Translations under genes and position numbers: made by a program
Shown: piece by piece, positions 37,708 to 46,827 of the stretch
How the letters are laid out: every line of letters starts with the position of its first letter
Numbering within the stretch: position 1 is the first letter of the stretch
Notes under the pieces: model-generated
Database searches by the model: none
What the model was told of the DNA's origin: nothing
Seen by the model: only the letters and a program-made list of their open reading frames with translations
Source: a virus
Lineage: Duplodnaviria; Caudoviricetes
Virus record (IMG/VR): IMGVR_UViG_3300027714_000014
Span: 1,460 to 65,459 of that record
Direction: 5' to 3' (one strand)
DNA length: 64,000 nucleotides

Positions 37708-38367
37708 TTACCTCCAAATTTTGGTTTCAATCTTCATCTTCTTTTTAGATGAAAATAGGAAATCATCTCTAATGTGATGCTTTCTACGGTTTACGCCTTC
37801 TTGGTTATAGCCAATTCCCATCAACAACAAGGGAGCATCTTCTAGCAATGCGACTTCTTGAATCTTGTCAGAATCAAAACATTGACAACAACCTGTTCTA
37901 TACCCAAGTAGTGAAGCAGTTAAATTAAGATAACCAGCTGCAATTCCTACACTAGTATGAACGTCCCTTGTAATTGATTCTTCCCATTCGCCGTGTTCTT
38001 CAAAATATCGGGTCTGACCATTTCTCTTCACCATATCATCTTTCAAACGATCATTTGGTGTATGTCGTTCAAAGATAACTAATAGGTTTGCAAGAACCTG
38101 AGTGTTTGTTTCAAAACCAGATTCATGCTTTTTAGTAACAAAGCCCCTTGTGTGACTATGTATATCTTCGATCAAATCACGATCCATAATAAAGTGAGTT
38201 TTGTAATATGCAATATTTTGTTTGCTAGGACACTCTGAAACTGCATTGATCATGATGTTCATATCTTCTTCTGGAACATTTTTACTTAGATCAAAATTTC
38301 TTTGACAATGTTGACTACGAACAATAGCTTTAGAAATATCAGTATGACTATGTGATTCCTGTAACAT
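37708..38367 (-). CDS. nitroreductase-family protein
   Basis: RSQHCQRNFD, CPSKQN, VGIAAGYLNLTASLLGYRTG, LLMGIGY. Confidence 0.78.
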   Translation of the reverse strand: MLQESHSHTDISKAIVRSQHCQRNFDLSKNVPEEDMNIMINAVSECPSKQNIAYYKTHFIMDRDLIEDIHSHTRGFVTKKHESGFETNTQVLANLLVIFERHTPNDRLKDDMVKRNGQTRYFEEHGEWEESITRDVHTSVGIAAGYLNLTASLLGYRTGCCQCFDSDKIQEVALLEDAPLLLMGIGYNQEGVNRRKHHIRDDFLFSSKKKMKIETKIWR

Positions 38368-38368
38368 T

Positions 38369-38671
38369 TTAAATCTCCTTGTCTACAGTGGCTTCACGAC
38401 TGCATTCATTATCTTCACAATGCTGTATAAACAATGCTCTATCAGCTACAATCACTTCATCATTAACAAATGTATTCTTATTTGCTTCAGACGCAAAAAC
38501 TCTAGTTCTGGTCTTTTTCAATTCATTAGACGATAGTGATACAGCAAAGGAAATAGATTTTCCTGTGTCCGTATAAGTTGAAGCTATATGTGTTTGACAA
38601 TCAGATGATGACACATAAAATTCTGTATCAGTATCAGGCCGTGTTTCAACCACTGTTTTTTGCCATGCCAT
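38369..38671 (-). CDS. hypothetical protein
   Basis: 100 aa with AGGAG RBS. Confidence 0.6.
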   Translation of the reverse strand: MAWQKTVVETRPDTDTEFYVSSSDCQTHIASTYTDTGKSISFAVSLSSNELKKTRTRVFASEANKNTFVNDEVIVADRALFIQHCEDNECSREATVDKEI

Positions 38672-38689
38672 TTTATCTCTCCTTTTATT

Positions 38690-38842
38690 TTACCAGAACT
38701 TTAGTTTCTTAACTGCCTTTGTACTTGCTTTTGCTGTGCGACTTATCACGCCAGCAGTTTGATTTGCTGCATTCGTTGTTGCACCAACAACTGCGGCTGG
38801 TGTTTCTTTAATTGTTTTTAACTGTTGATTTAACCATCCCAT
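38690..38842 (-). CDS. 50-aa amphipathic peptide
   Basis: Manual translation MGWLNQQLKTIKETPAAVVG...KKLKFW*. Confidence 0.5.
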   Translation of the reverse strand: MGWLNQQLKTIKETPAAVVGATTNAANQTAGVISRTAKASTKAVKKLKFW

Positions 38843-38855
38843 TTTTTATCTTCTC

Positions 38856-39119
38856 TCATTTTCCGTCATTTAGATGTATTTTTTCTAAGTCTTTTAATCT
38901 TTTTTCTAAATCTGTAAGTTTCCTAGCAACATTCGGATGTCTTTTTACCCACGCCTCTTCATTAGCAAGTATCTTTATATTTAGTTTTTTCGCAGACCAA
39001 GTAAAAATGTCATCTACAATCTTATAAAACCAAATTCCACACTTAGTTTCTGAAAACCAACTGTCGGTTGCACTACCAAGTATACTGCCTGCAATACTAG
39101 ATACAATAAAAATCCACAT
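38856..39119 (-). CDS. hypothetical protein
   Basis: Likely start MWIFIVSS. Confidence 0.55.
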   Translation of the reverse strand: MWIFIVSSIAGSILGSATDSWFSETKCGIWFYKIVDDIFTWSAKKLNIKILANEEAWVKRHPNVARKLTDLEKRLKDLEKIHLNDGK

Positions 39120-39121
39120 AT

Positions 39122-39244
39122 CTAATCTGGAGTCCCGACACAACAAGGACAAAGATCATCTTCTGAACAATCACACATAAGTCCAGCCTCTAAATTTTCA
39201 CAAGAACAAAGTGGATTTTCACATTCTTCATTTGAGCAACTCAT
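39122..39244 (-). CDS. metallothionein-like Cys-rich peptide (40 aa, 9 Cys)
   Basis: MSCSNEECENPLCSCENLEAGLMCDCSEDDLCPCCVGTPD*; strong RBS TAAGGAG. Confidence 0.7.
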   Translation of the reverse strand: MSCSNEECENPLCSCENLEAGLMCDCSEDDLCPCCVGTPD

Positions 39245-39254
39245 TTAAATCTCC

Positions 39255-39716
39255 TTATTCTGGTTTAGCAGATGCTGGCCAACTACCAAACATTCTGACT
39301 GACCAATATGCAGAATACATTTTAAATTTTGAAACTCTGGGATCAGCCGATTTCATTCCCAACAGGAAAACTTTATCAGACAATTTTCTTGCAGCACGCC
39401 ATGTCTTCTTATTCATACCATCGGTGTGATAATATTTTCTCAGGGTAGCATATAAGTGGTCATGAATAACCGCTGCCCTTGCGACATCCCAAGGCGATAG
39501 AACTGCCCAACAGATTCGAGGAACAGATGCAAGATCAGTCTTCATTCCTGTTTTACAAGTAATTCTTCCTGTACCAGAAATGTTTGCGCCTATTTTATGC
39601 AAAGTTCCAATCTCGGCTGATGTTAAATCATCCATTACAAGAGACAGTGTTTTCTCCAACACCCAAGTTTTGGGTGGTGTGAACTCTGCGTGAATTTTTC
39701 CGTTGAACTTGTTCAT
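39255..39716 (-). CDS. DUF1353-family protein
   Basis: TDLASVPR...AAVIHDHLY...AD/SD..F...Y.SVR.FG. Confidence 0.8.
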   Translation of the reverse strand: MNKFNGKIHAEFTPPKTWVLEKTLSLVMDDLTSAEIGTLHKIGANISGTGRITCKTGMKTDLASVPRICWAVLSPWDVARAAVIHDHLYATLRKYYHTDGMNKKTWRAARKLSDKVFLLGMKSADPRVSKFKMYSAYWSVRMFGSWPASAKPE

Positions 39717-40126
39717 TTCTTCTCCTGTTCTTCTTTATTCTCAGTTTTTGTAACTGCCTTCTCGTAGTATACAATAACTTGCTTTTGCTGATCAATAAAT
39801 CTTTTAAGCTCTGCCATATTATATGCGATAGTTTCATAGTCTCTAACACTTAAAGCATAGAATAAAAAATCACCATTTTCCTTAATAAATCTTTCTTTGA
39901 ATTGATCAAACGTATCCTCTGTAACAACATAAAAATGAACATTATTCATTTTTACAGGGCGAGGTCTATTCTGTACAGGTATGTTTCTCTCTATCTCAAT
40001 AGTCTTAACCTGTACTGGTAAAACATCCTTCCAACTACTACAACCACTACTTAACAAAAGGAGTGGGAAGAGCAGGCTCAGCCCCAGATATTTTTTCCAA
40101 CGATCTAAATAATTTTTCTGTTCCAC
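39713..40126 (-). CDS. putative o-spanin-like lipoprotein
   Basis: Lipobox SSGC; overlaps the upstream TM coiled-coil gene. Confidence 0.55.
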   Translation of the reverse strand: MEQKNYLDRWKKYLGLSLLFPLLLLSSGCSSWKDVLPVQVKTIEIERNIPVQNRPRPVKMNNVHFYVVTEDTFDQFKERFIKENGDFLFYALSVRDYETIAYNMAELKRFIDQQKQVIVYYEKAVTKTENKEEQEKK

Positions 40127-40454
40127 GATTTATCTTCTTTTCTACTAAGCCTGGTTTTTTTAAACTCAATGTTGCCAAGTCATGTTTGCGTAGTTTATCT
40201 ATTAAAGTATTCTTATATTCGTTTGATTTTTCCAACCTTGTTTGTAGTTCTCTATTTAGGGTATCAAATTTTTCCCTGTCTGCAATCAATGTGTTAATAG
40301 TATTATCCTGAGCTGCTTTTGCAGCCATAACCTTTGCATTGTTTTCTGTGAGAATTTGTATCCTTGACTGTGTGTCCTTATAGTAATAGTAACCACCATA
40401 GACTACACCACCAACAAGTCCAACGACCATTATGAGCATATATAATTTAAGCAT
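40047..40454 (-). CDS. putative i-spanin-like protein
   Basis: N-terminal TM plus periplasmic coiled coil; KPGLVEKKIN. Confidence 0.55.
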   Translation of the reverse strand: MLKLYMLIMVVGLVGGVVYGGYYYYKDTQSRIQILTENNAKVMAAKAAQDNTINTLIADREKFDTLNRELQTRLEKSNEYKNTLIDKLRKHDLATLSLKKPGLVEKKINRGTEKLFRSLEKISGAEPALPTPFVK

Positions 40455-40957
40455 TATTTATCTGACCTCTTTTTGGATTGGAAACTTTCAAATGACAATT
40501 TAGGGTCAGATGTCATAAAACCTTTTTTTCTCATAACAGTTTTAGCAACCAATTCTATTTCGTTATTTTTGTAGTTAAGAATAAAGGGCATGTTAATGTC
40601 AGTTTTCATATCATTGATGACTGCTTCAGCATCGTCTGGCATCTTAGAAATCTTCTTACCATATTTCTTATAGGTCTGTTTGAACAAACGAACCAATTCA
40701 GATGCACTTATCTGAGACATATTACGAGCATCATTTACCCTATCCATAAAATGTTTAGTAAACTCTACATCAATACCAAGTGAGGAAAATACCTTGTCAG
40801 CATACCTCTCAACTTGATCTAGATCAGACTTTGTAATTGGTTTACCCTTCTGAGCAAACAAAGCTTGGTTATATGGAGGAATATCTCCTAAGTCAGCTAC
40901 TGGTTGAATGCCACCAGCAGAAGGACCAATACCTATATATTCCTTAAATAGTTTCAT
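40454..40957 (-). CDS. hypothetical protein, probable internal head protein
   Basis: MKLFKEY N-terminus; FTKHFMDRVNDARN; AKTVMRK. Confidence 0.6.
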   Translation of the reverse strand: MKLFKEYIGIGPSAGGIQPVADLGDIPPYNQALFAQKGKPITKSDLDQVERYADKVFSSLGIDVEFTKHFMDRVNDARNMSQISASELVRLFKQTYKKYGKKISKMPDDAEAVINDMKTDINMPFILNYKNNEIELVAKTVMRKKGFMTSDPKLSFESFQSKKRSDK

Positions 40958-41237
40958 CTTTTGATCCTATGATGTCCTCTACAAACTTACTCTTTCTCAT
41001 CTCCAATCGTTTTAGTCTTTGTGATTCTAATTTTGCACGATGTTCACGATAAGATTTTGTTCGTCCATCAATTAAAGTATCTTTCTTTTTCTTTTTCTTG
41101 CCTGGTTCTCCACTGCCAGGATAATCTGGATGATCAACACCAAGTCCAGCAATAGCACCACCGCCAGCTGAATTTGTAGGGGCATCCTCTTCAATGGGTA
41201 ATCCATTACGAGGGCTTACTTCGTTCCATGTTTTCAT
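40944..41237 (-). CDS. hypothetical protein
   Basis: EEDAPTNSAGGGAIAG and IDGRTK motifs. Confidence 0.6.
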   Translation of the reverse strand: MKTWNEVSPRNGLPIEEDAPTNSAGGGAIAGLGVDHPDYPGSGEPGKKKKKKDTLIDGRTKSYREHRAKLESQRLKRLEMRKSKFVEDIIGSKDETI

Positions 41238-41857
41238 TGGTCTAAATCCTCTAAACTAACATATATCTTTTCTTGTGTTTTAATATGAATAACGGGAAAT
41301 ATTTCTACACCCAATATAGTATCAACAGGAGGCTCATCTTCAAAAGTAACAACTTTATCACCCTTCTTTGCAGTTAAAGATTCTTCCTCTGTATTCAAAA
41401 TATCAGCATTTAAAATGTATTCTCCTTTAGGTAAAATATCACCAAATCCAATAACATCTTCACTAATACTATCGTCGATTTCAAACTCAGATGTGAGATA
41501 CTTCATAAACTCTTTCTCAAATACGTCTGGGTCATCCACGGATTCCTTAAACGTATCTTTGAGAAGAAACAGTGCAGCAGCATAAGTTCCTAATTTTGTT
41601 CGTAAGCCAGGAACTTTACCCATCAATTTTTTAATATTAAATACTAATTTATGAAGAACTGTATATGCAGCCTTTTCTTCTGATGTATTTAAATTCTTTG
41701 GCCTCTTATCCCAAGAACCCGTTTTGGGTTTAGGAGGAATTATACGATTTCCATCTTCGTCAATAATACCCAATTTAAACGCTGGTGTATCCTTAAACGG
41801 AGTTACCAATAACTTGATAAAACGGTATGTAACAAATAAATCTATCGCTCTTCCCAT
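41234..41857 (-). CDS. conserved T4-like hypothetical protein
   Basis: DLFVTYRFIKLLVTPF...AFKLGIIDEDG. Confidence 0.7.
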   Translation of the reverse strand: MGRAIDLFVTYRFIKLLVTPFKDTPAFKLGIIDEDGNRIIPPKPKTGSWDKRPKNLNTSEEKAAYTVLHKLVFNIKKLMGKVPGLRTKLGTYAAALFLLKDTFKESVDDPDVFEKEFMKYLTSEFEIDDSISEDVIGFGDILPKGEYILNADILNTEEESLTAKKGDKVVTFEDEPPVDTILGVEIFPVIHIKTQEKIYVSLEDLDQ

Positions 41858-42219
41858 TATAGTTTCCTTAGCGTGTCCAAAACTTTTTCATCTTCTGCAA
41901 TCTCAGACATTTCTCCCTCTCTCAATAAATTAAGAAAAAGTAAAAACGACTTTAGTGTTCTCCAATATTCTGGTTGAATTTTAAACAGAAGCAATGTAAC
42001 ACATGCATCTGGCCCAAACAAATTATTAAGCACAATAATATGATTCAATAGAAGACGTTCTTTCAAAATTTTATATTCAAAATACTTCCTAAGCAATCGT
42101 TTGATATACTTAAATCGTTTCATATCATCATGAAATTCTGCTTCACTTTCACAATGTGGATTTTCATAATGACGTATAGCAAACATATTAACGTTTGCTT
42201 TAGTTATCTTCTCATACAT
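41857..42219 (-). CDS. conserved T4-like hypothetical protein
   Basis: FAIRHYENPHC..EFHDDMKRFKYIKRLL..LLLNHIIVL.N.FG. Confidence 0.75.
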   Translation of the reverse strand: MYEKITKANVNMFAIRHYENPHCESEAEFHDDMKRFKYIKRLLRKYFEYKILKERLLLNHIIVLNNLFGPDACVTLLLFKIQPEYWRTLKSFLLFLNLLREGEMSEIAEDEKVLDTLRKL

Positions 42220-42647
42220 TATGCAATTTTGGCTCTGAGCCTACATTGGTTAGTTTCCGTCATTTCATAACTAATGTTTAAGCTCAATCCACCTTCAATA
42301 TTATTACTGATTCCATCATCTTCTAAAAATTCGTTATGAGGAGTATCTACATCCTTACCAAATCTTCCACCAAACAAAGTCAAAGGCAAACTAAATGAAC
42401 CATTCGATTCTGTCATGTTAGGATATGGATCAAATGTCAATCCAATTTTACTCAAAGAACTACGAGTCAGAGTAAGTTTTGCTTCTGGATCAAACTGATC
42501 TCCTTCAAAAATTCTTCCAACTATAGCATTAAGTTTTTTAACAACTTCTGTAGTCAAATATCCCTGAGAGGGATTTCTTCCATAAGTTGGCTCATTTGGG
42601 ATTTCTGGTTGTCCCGCCTCAGCCATAAATTTACTGAATTTTTTCAT
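42219..42647 (-). CDS. hypothetical protein with capsid-targeting-like N-terminus
   Basis: MKKFSKFMAE. Confidence 0.65.
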   Translation of the reverse strand: MKKFSKFMAEAGQPEIPNEPTYGRNPSQGYLTTEVVKKLNAIVGRIFEGDQFDPEAKLTLTRSSLSKIGLTFDPYPNMTESNGSFSLPLTLFGGRFGKDVDTPHNEFLEDDGISNNIEGGLSLNISYEMTETNQCRLRAKIA

Positions 42648-42786
42648 CGTTACTATCCTCTTCTATTGGGGGCTTTGTTCGAATCTGTTCTTCTAAGAAC
42701 TCTGCTTCTTTTTCTTCGACAATCTGGGGCTTTGTATAACTAACTTTAATTTTGTTATACCCTTTAATCTCTTGTAAAATTTCCAT
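42631..42786 (-). CDS. 51-aa acidic protein
   Basis: MEILQEIKGY...; GGAG RBS; after late promoter 42804-42811. Confidence 0.5.
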   Translation of the reverse strand: MEILQEIKGYNKIKVSYTKPQIVEEKEAEFLEEQIRTKPPIEEDSNDEKIQ

Positions 42787-42821
42787 TTTATCTCTCCACA
42801 TTCTATTTATATCTATTTATG

Positions 42822-43475
42822 TCATTCAATTTTTTCAAATTTGATTCTATAGGTGTAACTATTATAAAAATCAGTTGAATCTTTGCCTGGTTCTTCGAAA
42901 TTAACTAGTGCATTCCATGACAAACTAATCCTCTGTCCCTTAATTTGTAGAGGAGCATGTGCATGATATAGAGGGGATTGCCATACAATCATAGTATCCT
43001 GTACAGTAGGAAATCCAAGTTTATTAGTTGTATTTGGGTGGTTGACTGCATACTGCTCACTCAATGATATAAACGGATTTTGATCACTTGGACGAGCTCT
43101 ATGAAACTCTAACGGGGGATGTTCTGGCAAAGTTTGAACATAGTATGTGCCACTAATAATTGAATTGGGGTGTGAGTGTACAGGTTGACTGCCACCTCGT
43201 TGATTTACATTTAACCAACTCTCTGTTACAAAATGCTCTGAGTATTTCATGAAAATCTCATTCGTAAGATAGTCATCAATACAGGTTTTCACCCAATCAT
43301 GCAATTCTGTTAGAGACTCATGTAACAACACATTGTTAAATTTTTCACTACGCCATTTGTTTGAGCCGAAATGTTTTTTTGTTGGAAAGTTTTTGAGATC
43401 AAATGTCTCTGAAAATTTGGTGGGACTTTCGTAAATCTTTACCACACCAGCTGGGAATATTGGAACTCCACTCAT
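42822..43475 (-). CDS. 2OG-Fe(II) oxygenase (paralog of 11740-12444)
   Basis: PIFPAGV.KIY N-terminus shared with the paralog; HSHPNSIISGTYY; RISLSWN. Confidence 0.85.
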   Translation of the reverse strand: MSGVPIFPAGVVKIYESPTKFSETFDLKNFPTKKHFGSNKWRSEKFNNVLLHESLTELHDWVKTCIDDYLTNEIFMKYSEHFVTESWLNVNQRGGSQPVHSHPNSIISGTYYVQTLPEHPPLEFHRARPSDQNPFISLSEQYAVNHPNTTNKLGFPTVQDTMIVWQSPLYHAHAPLQIKGQRISLSWNALVNFEEPGKDSTDFYNSYTYRIKFEKIE

Positions 43476-43493
43476 AATAACTCCTTACATTAT

Positions 43494-43526
43494 AAAGAAA
43501 AAAGGGAGGGATAAATCCCTCCCCTT
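43494..43526 (-). terminator. intrinsic terminator
   Basis: GGGAGGGA-TTTA-TCCCTCCC followed by a U-run. Confidence 0.75.
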
Positions 43527-43549
43527 CTCGTAACCAAATATCGACGGAA

Positions 43550-44032
43550 TTAACCGTTAGCGATATCAATAAGATCAGCAGGAATATCGGCGCCAACATC
43601 AGCGAATCCAATAATTGCCCACTTAGCACCCGACCACATCAACATGGCAGTGTCGCCATCGTCAACAAAGTTCAAGTCAGCAAAACCCATTGGGTCAGCT
43701 GGGGTCATGACAGAAGCACCACCATCCGTATCATGGATGATAACTTTAATCTGTCCAACAACTGTTCCGTCAGCAAGCGTTGTTGCGTTTGAACCAGCAG
43801 TCTGAAGCAAAGTAACAGCAGTTGCAACCGAAATCGCAGTCTGTGTACCATCAGAAATATCTTCAATGGAGTTCGAGAACCCAATGAAAGAAGGAAGGTT
43901 GTTAATGAAGTTAGTCACTGAAACCTTCTTGTTAATAGGTGTGCCCGTAGGGTCATCGACCACATGGAGCAAATCAGCACCAGCAATACCTGTGGACAGG
44001 TCTGTTAGGGCTGTAATTTTCTTATCGGCCAT
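43550..44032 (-). CDS. putative virion structural protein
   Basis: MADKKITALTDL; beta-rich TLADGTVVGQIKVI. Confidence 0.6.
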   Translation of the reverse strand: MADKKITALTDLSTGIAGADLLHVVDDPTGTPINKKVSVTNFINNLPSFIGFSNSIEDISDGTQTAISVATAVTLLQTAGSNATTLADGTVVGQIKVIIHDTDGGASVMTPADPMGFADLNFVDDGDTAMLMWSGAKWAIIGFADVGADIPADLIDIANG

Positions 44033-44093
44033 TTTGGCGTCTCCTTATATTAACCCACTGAATTGTGGGAATGTTACTGAGAGTATGAACGCA

Positions 44094-44294
44094 TCATCCC
44101 TCATCACTTGATTCATTACCAAGATTTTTAAGAAAATCGTCACATTGCTGGACGGCACCTAAAAGTGCGTTTTGCAATGCAACGTTTTCTAATTTCTTAC
44201 TTTCCAGTTCGTTTCCTTGAAAACGAACCTTATTCAAATCTTCTAGAAGAGCTTTTTTTCGTTCTTCAATCGCTTCTTTACTAATCATAATCAC
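44094..44294 (-). CDS. hypothetical coiled-coil protein
   Basis: NALLGAVQQCDDFL; late promoter at 44319-44326. Confidence 0.6.
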   Translation of the reverse strand: MIMISKEAIEERKKALLEDLNKVRFQGNELESKKLENVALQNALLGAVQQCDDFLKNLGNESSDEG

Positions 44295-44334
44295 TCCATT
44301 ATTAAGTTGTTGTATAGTTATTTATAACGATTTA

Positions 44335-45564
44335 TTAAGCGGCTGCAACAGTTACACCATTTAATACAAATGCAGAACCAGTAGATGTTCCTGCCTGACT
44401 GTAGAAAGCAATGTCACTAGTACGAGCTTCTGCAAGAACACCCTCATTCTCGTCAGCCGAAGAACCATCAGTTGCATCGAATACAATTCGATCTTCTCCA
44501 GTGTCCGTAGTACCTTGTTCCTGTTGACCGATATAAACCGTTGTATCTCCACCCGTGAAAGGTATGCCGGAAACATCAGTTGCACCATCAACACCTTCAA
44601 GTATGAAGTCAATACTCTCGCCTTGAACACTATCGTGTCCATCAGCAGAGAAGTTTAGAATAACATCGTTTGCAACAATAATTGCATCACTAACTGTAAC
44701 ACTTGTTTGTGATGCAACAGCAGTAACGGTAAGTGATCCGTCTTGTGACAAAGCAGTACTTCCTTGAGCATCTGTCAATGGTGTTGCATTAGCTTGTCCA
44801 TAAACTTTCATACCCACTGCAATTGTACCAGAGTTACCATCTAGAACCAAAGTAGTTGTTGCTGTTGTAATCGCACCATTTACCGTTGCGACAATAGCAG
44901 CAACAGAGTCGAGAACAATTCTACCAGCAGGAGCAGCATTAGTACCACCTTCTTGTCTCATTGCCAGTACTGATACACCATCTTCTTCAGACATATCAGC
45001 ACTACCATCGAATACGATACCCGCTTCACCAGCAGTTACACCGTCACCAACACCAGAACCATTCAGTCCAATAAATCCAGTTGCAGCATTTGTTTGTGCA
45101 GTACCTCTGAATGTAATCTCGTTGGTTCCAGAACCACTAAAGTACATTGCAGCAATTGTGCTGTCCTCTACCATGTCTGTTACACCCAAACGGGACAACA
45201 GAATGTATGCCTTGTTTGTAATAGTTTGGTTGGCAGAAAATGCAGCAGAAGTCATATCAACTGCCTCATCGAATGTTATCCGAACATCGAATGTTCCTAC
45301 ATTACCAACCGCACCTGTATCAAAGTCGATACCAACAACTGTTGCAGTACCACGAATGGCAGCAAGGTTACGAATACAAACCAAAACTTCAGGCTGTGCA
45401 GCTTTATTATCGTTACCTGATGCACCTGTGCCTGGGGTCAATCCCCAACCACCGGCGACTGCAATAGCGTCTTCTCTCGCTCCCATTGACCCAGATGCAT
45501 TTGAATCAACTGGTAGGAACTTAGGCCGACTCTCAGCAGATGTCGAACTTCCCCATAAACCCAT
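44335..45564 (-). CDS. putative virion structural protein (Ig-like, G/A/T-rich)
   Basis: MGLWG N-terminus; VRITFDEAV, YFSGSGTNEITF. Confidence 0.65.
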   Translation of the reverse strand: MGLWGSSTSAESRPKFLPVDSNASGSMGAREDAIAVAGGWGLTPGTGASGNDNKAAQPEVLVCIRNLAAIRGTATVVGIDFDTGAVGNVGTFDVRITFDEAVDMTSAAFSANQTITNKAYILLSRLGVTDMVEDSTIAAMYFSGSGTNEITFRGTAQTNAATGFIGLNGSGVGDGVTAGEAGIVFDGSADMSEEDGVSVLAMRQEGGTNAAPAGRIVLDSVAAIVATVNGAITTATTTLVLDGNSGTIAVGMKVYGQANATPLTDAQGSTALSQDGSLTVTAVASQTSVTVSDAIIVANDVILNFSADGHDSVQGESIDFILEGVDGATDVSGIPFTGGDTTVYIGQQEQGTTDTGEDRIVFDATDGSSADENEGVLAEARTSDIAFYSQAGTSTGSAFVLNGVTVAAA

Positions 45565-45619
45565 TGTATTTCTCCTTTTATTCTTGCAAGAATATTAAGT
45601 TTCTTTCTTTCTATTTAGG

Positions 45620-46138
45620 TTATTTAAACCCTAGACGCTTCAACTCACTAATGGTTTTAGAGACATTTGTGTGGTGTATACTGATCCCACCAGCTGTTTC
45701 CCATTCTTTTGTATTTTTAATATAATCATCAATTAAGACGTTTGGTTTCCCACCCGTCATAGCATATTTTTTCTTATCAGCTCGTTTAACTAGATTAATA
45801 TTTGACCTTTTCCAGTTAGTATTCTTAGACAACCATTTCATCTTACCATTTTGTGAAGATGGATCACGGCCAGAATAAGCAGACAAGACTTTTGGGTCAT
45901 ATTTTTCAATATAACTGTATAGTTTCTTTGCACCCGGCATCCAATCAAGATTAGCCCAAAATCCTTTAGTCTGATTAATCTTGTTCCAACGGTCATCTTT
46001 ATCTGTAGTTGCAAAATCACCACCAATGGCAGCCTCTGCACCTCCCATAAAGTCAACCAAAACTTGATCTAAATCACAATAAATGTTTGGTAGATCATCT
46101 TTAGCTTCTACCGTTGTCATATTTCTCAACGTTTTCAT
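45620..46138 (-). CDS. HAD-family 5'(3')-deoxyribonucleotidase-like protein
   Basis: IYCDLDQVLVDF (DxD); LIDDY..N..EWE.AGG. Confidence 0.8.
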   Translation of the reverse strand: MKTLRNMTTVEAKDDLPNIYCDLDQVLVDFMGGAEAAIGGDFATTDKDDRWNKINQTKGFWANLDWMPGAKKLYSYIEKYDPKVLSAYSGRDPSSQNGKMKWLSKNTNWKRSNINLVKRADKKKYAMTGGKPNVLIDDYIKNTKEWETAGGISIHHTNVSKTISELKRLGFK

Positions 46139-46827
46139 TATTTTTCTTTAATCTCAGGTTTCAAATCAATCTTGTCGGCCTTATTGCCCGTCATTGTTAT
46201 ACTACTACCTTTAGAGCCCTTTGTCAAGGACTTTTCATCTTTTTTTGCTTCATCCAATCCCCACACTTTTGCAAGTGCTTCTTTCATGGATTCTACCTTG
46301 AATCTTTGAAAATCGGTGATTTCTTGACCTGGCGTAACCTCTTGAGTATGCTCACGATACTCAGGTGTACCAAGCTCATAAGATTCATAGGAAGCCATCA
46401 TTTTAGAAGCTGCCATATCTGAGTAGTTTGCCATAAGAGTCTTAATTGTCTTAACATCTACTTTCATAGCTTTAGCAATTTCTTCAGCAGATTTCTTGTC
46501 CTTAATCATTTGGTGTAGTTGAGACATTTTACCTTCTTCAAGGTCAGATTCTTCTTTTACTTCATATGTCTTACCACCAACAACGAAAGTCTTTTCTCCC
46601 TTGTCTTTGGCAGCCATCAAAGCCTTTCCAAACTTATTACCTTCTTTCTTTGCACCCTTCTTGCGAAGTTTTGCAAGATCAGAACCTTCAATCTCTCCGT
46701 CACCGTCAACATCAATCTTCTTCTGTTTAGGTGAAAGTTCTTCTTCTTTCTTAGCAGCTTCCTGCCAGAGTCCTAGAATCGATGACTCTAAGGATTCCTT
46801 TTTTGTCTCCAAATACTTTTTACCCAT
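46138..46827 (-). CDS. probable internal head protein (EF-hand-like motif)
   Basis: DVDGDGEIEGSDL; Lys/Glu-rich; LEE/LDE linkers. Confidence 0.6.
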   Translation of the reverse strand: MGKKYLETKKESLESSILGLWQEAAKKEEELSPKQKKIDVDGDGEIEGSDLAKLRKKGAKKEGNKFGKALMAAKDKGEKTFVVGGKTYEVKEESDLEEGKMSQLHQMIKDKKSAEEIAKAMKVDVKTIKTLMANYSDMAASKMMASYESYELGTPEYREHTQEVTPGQEITDFQRFKVESMKEALAKVWGLDEAKKDEKSLTKGSKGSSITMTGNKADKIDLKPEIKEK

